Below are positions 15,132 through 21,611 of a DNA stretch of 21,611 nt, in pieces; position 1 is the stretch's first letter, and the number at the start of each line of letters is the position of its first letter. The translations under genes were made by a program, and so were the position numbers. The stretch is taken from the NCBI GenBank assembly GCA_964645485.1, contig CAZXZO010000029.1:1-21611 (forward strand), read 5' to 3'. The stretch comes from an uncultured Candidatus Poseidoniales archaeon. Its GTDB lineage: Archaea > Thermoplasmatota > Poseidoniia > Poseidoniales > Thalassarchaeaceae. Under the pieces are notes generated by a model, which was given only the letters and a program-made list of their open reading frames with translations, made no database searches and had not been told where the DNA came from.

Positions 15132-15722
15132 TTGAATGGATGGATTGATGCGGTAACAACAACTCGCGAGGTTGTGGCGAACAACTCAAGTAAGTCAGGT
15201 AAGTTGTCATCCGCTCCGCTCAAAAAGCGTAGTAGATTACGTAAGATTCTAGCTTTCATCCCATGGGCAGTTAGAGGTGGCTACAAAGTTGCAAAGAAAC
15301 TGCCCAAAGAAAAGCGGCAGGAATTGATTGCAGTCGCAAAAGACCCAGATGCGTGGGGTGAAGGAATAGCAAAAGGGTGGGATGTCGCTAAAGTTGAAGC
15401 AATTGAGGCCAAAGATGGCTTCACAACCCTTGGTAAAATCGCCTTGGGGAGGAAAACCAACAGGGCTGAAAGAAAACAAGCAACTGCGCAACTCGGAATG
15501 CTTGGGCTTGTTGTAATGCCACTCAAAGTATTTCTAATTCCAGGTTCTGAAATTTTACTCACCGTAGCCGCATTTGTGATGCCTTGGAGACTTGTTCCAG
15601 ACAAGTGGATTCCTTTCCAATCTCTAAGAGATAATCCAGATGATGAGATTCAAAAGCAGAAAAAGAAGAGACTCAAACTATTCCACAAAGACCGTCAAAG
15701 AATAGTCGATAAACTCGATTGA
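15132..15722 (+). CDS. Membrane protein with a LETM1-like domain (start uncertain, TTG)
   Basis: GRKTNRAERKQATAQLGMLGLVVMPLKVFLIPGSEILLTVAAFVMPWRLVP resembles, from memory, the LETM1 family LTRRERRQ...LVPF-x-x-F-x-x-x-PF-x-E-x-LLP...FP-x-x-LP segment. Basic termini. Confidence 0.55.
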   Translation: MNGWIDAVTTTREVVANNSSKSGKLSSAPLKKRSRLRKILAFIPWAVRGGYKVAKKLPKEKRQELIAVAKDPDAWGEGIAKGWDVAKVEAIEAKDGFTTLGKIALGRKTNRAERKQATAQLGMLGLVVMPLKVFLIPGSEILLTVAAFVMPWRLVPDKWIPFQSLRDNPDDEIQKQKKKRLKLFHKDRQRIVDKLD

Positions 15723-17501
15723 TTATTCAGCAATAACTTGACCATGTGTAGTCCACACCTGCCATTCTCCGCCTCCATTCAAAAAGTCTGCTTGACCGTT
15801 TCCTGCCATTCCCCAACCTTGAGGTGCCACCCAAGAGGAGCCCGGAGCGAGAATCACCCATTGAACATTGGAGAGATTTCCACGGTTTTCCATTTTCACC
15901 CCAGTCATTAGTTCGTCTTGCCACCCTGAATCGGGAGCCCGCCAGTGCCCGGTTACATTTCGTGAATTGTCCAGGTCAATTTCGGTGTGAAAGGTGTAGA
16001 GGTAGTGCATTCCCAAAGTGCCCTCATGGATGAACAAAAAATCTTCTCCATCTTCCATATTTCTGTCCAACGCCTTTGCCGCATCGTCAGTCCAATAGGT
16101 CTGCCCATGTATTCCTGCGAGTAGGGAAAGTGGAATGATTAACAGGATTCCAAGAGCAAATGCCGCACTCTTTTTTCCGGGATTTCCAAGAGACGGAAGG
16201 TCAGGATAGAGGTGATTAAGATGCCCTAAAAGCATCAAAATTGGAATCATTGTGAGTGAAATATAGCGACCATTATTGCCCATTGTCCACATTACCCAAG
16301 GCCAATCTGCGTTCCAAATTATTGATTCATAAGTCCATAATGCTGCAACATAAATCGTGATTGCTGTTGTGAAGCCGGCGATTGAAATCGTGATAAAAGT
16401 CGCCGGCATATTTTTTGTTGCAACAAATCTCTTCCAAGCAGAGGAGACGAAAGGCCAAATCATCATTCCGAATAATGTGTAAATTACTACAATGTTGAAA
16501 ATTGAAACGACGAGGGCAAAGAAAAATCGAGGGGCATTTATTGAGATTACAGAAAGTGTTGCACCTCCACCACTTGCTCCAAGGGCGAGCATCGATATTC
16601 CAACAACAGTTGAAATCAGCAATCCACCGCGCAGTGGATTGCGAGTTAGAGAGTGTAGTGCTGGCAGATAGAGGTCAACTAAATGAAATGCCAAAACTGC
16701 TAGTCCAAAGAATAGTCCATATATTGGATTGATTCCCTTCAACATCATGATGCCCATCATGCAGACAGCGGATGCAAAAGCCCCACCAATACGGTATTCA
16801 ATCCCTTTTTCGGCAACTAATTTAGCGTTGATTAAAACAATCACTGCAACAAACATTGCAATCGTTGGTTCAGAGTAAGCCCTTCCAGTTGAGAAAATAA
16901 ATGTTGGATAAATTGCAATCAGTGCCGCAGCCCTTCTACTATTTCCTCCTGAGAACATTCCGTATGCAAAACCTCCAAGGCCAACTAGTAACAAAGTGAG
17001 GCTAAGAGCCAAGCCTCTAACACCGATTTCTCCAAGAGATGATGGGGCGAGAGAAAGTGTCCAACCGTTGTCAGAAGGTGCGTAATCAGGGTCACTTGCT
17101 AAATTGTCGATGGGTCGTGTGTGACCCCAAACTAGGCTGCCATCATCATCTTTAGCAAGGCGAGTATGGGTGTCCACACCTAACTCGCTAGAAAATGCAG
17201 TAAACACATTGAGTAGAATACCACAAATCAGTAACCATTTCCAAAACTGTTTGTTATCAACAAATGACCACCAAGCAGTCGCCGATTCGGGGGAAATTTT
17301 AGGCGGGATTTTTTCGGAGGGCGAGTCGGCCGCTTCAGGTGCTGAGGTGGCGGCAGATGAATCAGCAAATTCAGGCGGGATTTTTTCGGAGGGCGAGTTA
17401 GCAATTTCAGGTGCTGAGTTGGAGGCAGATGAATCAGCAAATTCAGAAGTGAATTTTTCGGCCGATTCGTCGGAAGAATCGGCATCATCTATTGCTTCCA
17501 C
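15723..17501 (-). CDS. Multi-pass membrane protein, probable GT-C fold (ArnT/PMT-like) glycosyltransferase, with an acidic repetitive N-terminus
   Basis: About 10-12 TM segments; acidic residue in the first loop (ELGVDTH); IYPTFIFSTGRAYSEPT; GRYISLTMIP; soluble C-terminal domain. GTG start. Confidence 0.6.
   Translation of the reverse strand: MEAIDDADSSDESAEKFTSEFADSSASNSAPEIANSPSEKIPPEFADSSAATSAPEAADSPSEKIPPKISPESATAWWSFVDNKQFWKWLLICGILLNVFTAFSSELGVDTHTRLAKDDDGSLVWGHTRPIDNLASDPDYAPSDNGWTLSLAPSSLGEIGVRGLALSLTLLLVGLGGFAYGMFSGGNSRRAAALIAIYPTFIFSTGRAYSEPTIAMFVAVIVLINAKLVAEKGIEYRIGGAFASAVCMMGIMMLKGINPIYGLFFGLAVLAFHLVDLYLPALHSLTRNPLRGGLLISTVVGISMLALGASGGGATLSVISINAPRFFFALVVSIFNIVVIYTLFGMMIWPFVSSAWKRFVATKNMPATFITISIAGFTTAITIYVAALWTYESIIWNADWPWVMWTMGNNGRYISLTMIPILMLLGHLNHLYPDLPSLGNPGKKSAAFALGILLIIPLSLLAGIHGQTYWTDDAAKALDRNMEDGEDFLFIHEGTLGMHYLYTFHTEIDLDNSRNVTGHWRAPDSGWQDELMTGVKMENRGNLSNVQWVILAPGSSWVAPQGWGMAGNGQADFLNGGGEWQVWTTHGQVIAE
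17301..17446 (-). repeat. Coding tandem repeat, 2 x 72 nt (24 aa)
   Basis: 17301-17372 vs 17373-17444 differ at 7 of 72 positions; PEFADSSA(S/A)(N/T)SAPE(I/A)A(N/D)SPSEKIP-type unit. Confidence 0.92.
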
Positions 17502-17526
17502 AATTTTAGGCTGAAGTCAGATTGCA

Positions 17527-17545
17527 ATTGAGCCTTCGGCTCAAT
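17527..17545 (-). other. Perfect 8-bp hairpin directly after the fen stop codon
   Basis: Minus strand ATTGAGCC-GAA-GGCTCAAT. Confidence 0.6.
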
Positions 17546-18567
17546 CAGAAATCAAAAAGCGAGGTTTGCCCACCCGAGCGTAATCTGCCAGCGGCTTCCA
17601 TCCGATTCAGTGCTCTGCCAATCCTTCGCTCAGAGAAGTCGTGTCCATCCACTAGCATTTCTCGCAACCCTTCTTCGTCACACATTCCATGATTTGCAAG
17701 AGGTTCGTCTGAGGCTGGGTGGTTCAGGAAAAGTTCCCTTATCTCCCCAAGTTGTTGTGGAATTTCCTTGTCTTTTGCGGCGCACACTTCCTCAATTGTT
17801 CCATGTTCACGTATCAATTTGAGCCCAGTTTTAGGTCCAATCCCCCTTATTCCAGGGTGAAAATCAGTACCCACCATGATGCCGAGGTCAACGAGTTGTT
17901 CGTAGGTTAACCCATTGTCATCCAAAAGTTCTGCCAAAACAATCCGCTCAGCATGAACCAGCCTGCCGAATTTTCTGGTACCATGTGATGTGAGGTTTCT
18001 CACCATTACCGGTGCTCCATACAGCAGTGTATCCCAATCTTGGCTTGCAACAGCATCTAGATCTCCACGAGCGCATCTAACAGCAGCGGCTCCCTCTGCT
18101 TCCATCGGTGCTTCGATGTTGGTAATTCCAAGCAAATCCAACATCGCCCGGGTTTCGCCAACCATCTCAGGGGTGTAAGAAACAATTTGTGAGCCGAGTT
18201 TTTGGGCCGTAGTCCAATCTTCATCGGCAACTGCCCTGTCCCACTTTTCTTGTGCTTCATCTTTACGAGATTTCCGACTTGCTAAAGTATCCATCTTCAA
18301 CTCATGTGGTTTACCATCAAACACGAAGATAGGGTCAATTCCGGCTTCAACCATAACGGTTGCTCGGTCGAGAAATCCCATCAGATGTGCGACTGGATGT
18401 CCGTTAGAATCAGTAAGAGGCCCACCATCAGAGCCTTCACCACGTTTTCGTAAAGTAGTGATGAATTGGTATGCAAGTAGAAAGGCATCAACTGCAACTC
18501 GCTGGCCGTTGAAATCTGTTAATTCAACAGGATGTGGTGTTGCTAAATCCCGAAGATTACAACCCAA
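17545..18567 (-). CDS. fen: Flap endonuclease 1
   Basis: (M)GCNLRDL N-terminus; acidic active-site motifs VDAF, FVFDG, MEAEG, SQDWDTLLYG, GTDFHPG; H3TH GIGPKTG; C-terminal PIP box QTSLFDF. TTG 18567 lies 6 nt after GGAGGCG. Confidence 0.97.
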   Translation of the reverse strand: MGCNLRDLATPHPVELTDFNGQRVAVDAFLLAYQFITTLRKRGEGSDGGPLTDSNGHPVAHLMGFLDRATVMVEAGIDPIFVFDGKPHELKMDTLASRKSRKDEAQEKWDRAVADEDWTTAQKLGSQIVSYTPEMVGETRAMLDLLGITNIEAPMEAEGAAAVRCARGDLDAVASQDWDTLLYGAPVMVRNLTSHGTRKFGRLVHAERIVLAELLDDNGLTYEQLVDLGIMVGTDFHPGIRGIGPKTGLKLIREHGTIEEVCAAKDKEIPQQLGEIRELFLNHPASDEPLANHGMCDEEGLREMLVDGHDFSERRIGRALNRMEAAGRLRSGGQTSLFDF

Positions 18568-18650
18568 ATTAATCGCCTCCAAATGTCATATCAATTGCAA
18601 CAGTGAAAAACAATCGCCGCCCTTGAGATTTCCCAAGGCATTCCACATCC

Positions 18651-20297
18651 TCACAAATCGTCGTCATCGAAGTCGAAGTCATCAAAATCTTCATCTTCAT
18701 CATCAAAATCAAATTCCTCATCGTCGAAATCATCATCTTCCACAACTCTTCTAGGGCGGCGATTTCGAGTCCATTGAAACAAGCCGACTCCAGCCAATAT
18801 AAATCCAAGTAATGTCAACAGAAGAGGGTAGTATTGCCAGGTATATTTGACGCCAACCAATTCAACAATTGTGTCACCATTTGCATCTTTTTCAGGTATA
18901 ACCCATCGTCCACCAAATGTGTCATCCTTAACCCAGAATTGATTTCCTTCATCACTCGGGACAGCCCACTGAGGTACAACGCGGGATTCTCCATCACTAG
19001 TGGTTGTGTTAACCAAATTGACATTTAAAATCAAGGCAGAGCCGGGTGTGGGGTCAAGTGCGGTCAGGGAAAAATAGAGTTGCACATACTCACGACCTCT
19101 CGAACTAGTCTCGGCAGGGTCGCTCAAGGTTTCGGCTGATGATTCAAAACCAAGGCCATAGTGCCAATCGCCATGGCCGTTGATGTCCTTTGCTCTGTAA
19201 ATAATATCGTAAGGAATGTAAACTTGGAATTCAGTTCCAGCGGTTAATTCTCCCAGGAAAGTACCATCTCTTTCTTGTAATGCAGCTAACTCATCAATAG
19301 TCCAAACATCAGGGTCATTCTCATCAACTGCAGTTGCTAACGCAACAGGTCCAGAAACGATGGGGATAATTGCGAATGATGCAATCATTCCTATTCCAAC
19401 CATCACGACTGCAAGGACTTTGAAAATCCCAGTTGGTGGCATCAAGAACATGATTCCAGCAACAATACCAATGCTAAGTAGTAACATGAAAATTGGTCCA
19501 CCGACTCCATTAGTTGCAACTTCATGGTCGGTAAAACCAGCAGTTCCAACTGCATACGGTGAAACGTAATCCTTTCCTTCTTCTAATTCAAGTCCAGGCA
19601 CTTCCTCTTCGTATGGGGGTAGTATTGGTACAACCATCTCAAAATTATCACGACCAAGATAGAGGGTGTAACTATCAGTGATGCCACTTGATTTAGTGAA
19701 TTGAAGGCGCATACCGAATACTTCTCCTCCCTCCAATTCGTCAATATTATGTCCTGCAAATGAATAAGTGTAGATGTCTCCATCCACTTCATCAGGGCCA
19801 GCAAGTGTAACTGATGACATATCAGCGAGACCATTTTGTGCACCCATTCGAAGAGTCAATGTTACTTCTTTACTGCAACCACTACAATTGATTGCAAGGT
19901 TTAGGGTACCGGTTATCGGTTGTTCTGGGTCAATTCCCGTGGCATTTTCATTGGCATCTGTTCCATCAAATGTGAATTCCCTTATTCCTCCACCAGCATT
20001 AGCGTCTCCTGGAATATTACCTTCAAAGAAACTGGAGGCAGATTGTCCATCATTTGATTCAGCGTGATTCCAAGTAGTCCATTGAGTACGGTCAGCGGCA
20101 GAATCTTCGCCATACATGTAGAGAATAGGTTGCTCATAAGTAAGAACACGGTCTGGGTCTGCTTCATCATCTTGCATGGTTGAAGCATTACGGTCAATTC
20201 CGCTTGCGGTTGAAATTGATGATACCATCATGATACCAAAAAGTGTCAACACCGCCCATAGGGCGGTGCCGCGAATCCGCTTATTTGGCGCCGCCAT
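18651..20297 (-). CDS. Uncharacterised membrane protein: signal peptide, two extracytoplasmic domains, three TM helices, Asp/Phe-rich tail
   Basis: Start reassigned to ATG 20297 (MAAPNKRIRGTALWAVLTLFG), which removes the overlap with the divergent trm11. C-terminus is DDDFDDEEFDFDDEDEDFDDFDFDDDDL. Confidence 0.8.
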   Translation of the reverse strand: MAAPNKRIRGTALWAVLTLFGIMMVSSISTASGIDRNASTMQDDEADPDRVLTYEQPILYMYGEDSAADRTQWTTWNHAESNDGQSASSFFEGNIPGDANAGGGIREFTFDGTDANENATGIDPEQPITGTLNLAINCSGCSKEVTLTLRMGAQNGLADMSSVTLAGPDEVDGDIYTYSFAGHNIDELEGGEVFGMRLQFTKSSGITDSYTLYLGRDNFEMVVPILPPYEEEVPGLELEEGKDYVSPYAVGTAGFTDHEVATNGVGGPIFMLLLSIGIVAGIMFLMPPTGIFKVLAVVMVGIGMIASFAIIPIVSGPVALATAVDENDPDVWTIDELAALQERDGTFLGELTAGTEFQVYIPYDIIYRAKDINGHGDWHYGLGFESSAETLSDPAETSSRGREYVQLYFSLTALDPTPGSALILNVNLVNTTTSDGESRVVPQWAVPSDEGNQFWVKDDTFGGRWVIPEKDANGDTIVELVGVKYTWQYYPLLLTLLGFILAGVGLFQWTRNRRPRRVVEDDDFDDEEFDFDDEDEDFDDFDFDDDDL

Positions 20298-20374
20298 AGA
20301 GTGGCGGACCCCACCGGATGATATAGAATTGAAGGCCGGCCGCATAGCGGTAGAGATAGCGGAGGTGGTACAAG

Positions 20375-21547
20375 TTGTCCAAGAATTTAGCGAAAAATGC
20401 AGATGCAATCGTAATTGCTAGCGGCTGGCAACCAAATATCGCTCAAGCAGAATTTTCAGCCCTCGTCAACCCGTCGTTTCATCCACAATTCGTCCATGAA
20501 CGAGTATTGATATGCGACCAAGATTCGGCAACTAAAATCGCTCAAAGGTCAGCACTAATTTCTGAGACGCTTTATCCAGCAAGTCATTCGACTTACAGCG
20601 ATTTAGAAAAACATGTAGAATTGGTGGTGGCGTGGTGTGAAGAAAATCTCCAAAATAATGGTCAAACTTTGGCAGTGAGAGCCAAAAAAATTGGCCCAAG
20701 AGTGGAGGGTTGGTCAACTCGAAGTATTGAGCAATCAATTGGCGGGGCGCTGTTTGGGGAAGGTTGGAAAATAGACCTCACTGCTCCGGAAATAACGTTG
20801 AAAATAATAGCGTTAAATCACATAGAGAGGGGCGAAAATCCTCCTCAAATTATCTGGGGGGTGTTGACCAGTGGCACATCTACCTGGGATGAGAGAACCG
20901 CTCCAAAACGACCTTACTTCAAACCGATAAGCCTAGATCCAAGACTGGCTAGAGCAATGGCCAATATTGCCTGCCCAAGTGAAGGTAAAATTCTCGACCC
21001 GTTCTGTGGGACTGGGGGGATATTGTTAGAGGCTGCAGCCGTAGGTTCACAGGTTTTTGGAAGCGATGCAGATTCTAGAATGGTAGAAGGAAGTAGGGAC
21101 AATCTCAAGTGGGCAAAAGAAATCCAAACCATGTCACATAGTGCAAAAATAAAGCGTGGTTCAGCAACTGAATTAGCCAACCTTTGGGATGATAAAATGC
21201 CCTTTGATGGGTTCGCCTTTGACCCTCCTTACGGATTAAATTCTTGGAAGAGTGATGATGGGTGGCAACTTTTCATTGATGCAATGAAATCCTGTAAACA
21301 GGTGGCAACTGATGGAGCAAGGCTCGTTGCGCTTCTGCCATGGCCGCCCAAGGCATTGGGAATGGATTTGCTGAGAGGTGACTTTGGCCAAGGAGAAAAT
21401 GACGGTTTAGCTCAGACTTTTGGTAAATCATGGGTTGATGTTGTAGAAGAGGTATATGCCGCTGGTTGGAAAATTGAAAGCACTACAACGATTCCAGTTC
21501 ACAAATCTCTAGCGAGGCTTCTTCTTGTTTGTCAAAAGATGAATTAG
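20375..21547 (+). CDS. trm11: tRNA (guanine-10-N2)-(di)methyltransferase, THUMP plus Rossmann methyltransferase (Trm11/Trm-G10 family)
   Basis: THUMP: TLAVRAKK...IGGAL...WKIDLTAPE. RPYFKPISLDPRLARAMANI, SAM motif ILDPFCGTGGILLEA, DPPYG. TTG start 7 nt after GGAGGTG. Confidence 0.88.
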   Translation: MSKNLAKNADAIVIASGWQPNIAQAEFSALVNPSFHPQFVHERVLICDQDSATKIAQRSALISETLYPASHSTYSDLEKHVELVVAWCEENLQNNGQTLAVRAKKIGPRVEGWSTRSIEQSIGGALFGEGWKIDLTAPEITLKIIALNHIERGENPPQIIWGVLTSGTSTWDERTAPKRPYFKPISLDPRLARAMANIACPSEGKILDPFCGTGGILLEAAAVGSQVFGSDADSRMVEGSRDNLKWAKEIQTMSHSAKIKRGSATELANLWDDKMPFDGFAFDPPYGLNSWKSDDGWQLFIDAMKSCKQVATDGARLVALLPWPPKALGMDLLRGDFGQGENDGLAQTFGKSWVDVVEEVYAAGWKIESTTTIPVHKSLARLLLVCQKMN

Positions 21548-21611
21548 TTACTCAATGGGTAGCGTCTGACAAGACCCACTGCAAGCCCTTTGATTGGGTC
21601 AGAACGAATCA
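21544..21611 (-). CDS. 3' end of a convergent gene (partial, unidentified)
   Basis: Open minus frame ...IRSDPIKGLAVGLVRRYPLSN-TAA; its stop overlaps the trm11 stop (TTAG at 21544-21547). Confidence 0.4.
   Translation of the reverse strand, partial: IRSDPIKGLAVGLVRRYPLSN

Noticed and set aside
14896-15210. Track ORFs 14896-15093 (+) and 14992-15210 (-)
   Set aside because: They overlap the better-supported Hc1-like gene, its terminator or the next gene, and have no protein-like features.
20298-20408. N-terminal extension of the 585-aa ORF to 20408
   Set aside because: It would overlap the divergent trm11 start and SD; ATG 20297 gives a proper signal peptide.
1-21611. Mobile element, prophage, defence island, tRNA or rRNA; remaining short ORFs nested in long genes
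   Set aside because: No integrase, transposase, terminal repeats, cloverleaf or rRNA-like sequence was seen. The nested ORFs are shadows of well-supported genes.

Overview
Chromosomal segment of an archaeon, most likely a marine Thermoplasmatota such as Marine Group II / Ca. Poseidoniales. The lineage is inferred from archaeal FEN-1 with a PIP box, a THUMP-type tRNA m2G10 methyltransferase, GGAGGTGA-type Shine-Dalgarno sites, TATA boxes about 26 nt before start codons, and acidic TM-anchored surface proteins. Gene order: a partial Pro/Met/Gly-rich protein (absent from the ORF track), an RDD protein and an IGHMBP2/Upf1-like SF1 helicase (all minus); a Zn-ribbon/Pro-rich/helical-repeat protein; a GNAT-CE4 deacetylase fusion; a two-subunit NifJ-type 2-oxoacid:ferredoxin oxidoreductase; a 1085-aa CxxC/Ig/cadherin-like surface protein; two tandem ~79-nt elements with covarying stems (candidate unrecognised structured RNA); a double-wHTH regulator; a 58-aa Hc1-like protein (absent from the ORF track); a LETM1-like membrane protein; a GT-C-like membrane protein, fen and a membrane protein (minus); trm11; and the end of a convergent gene. 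No CRISPR array, tRNA, rRNA or transposase was seen. All family calls come from recognising motifs by eye; no searches were run.
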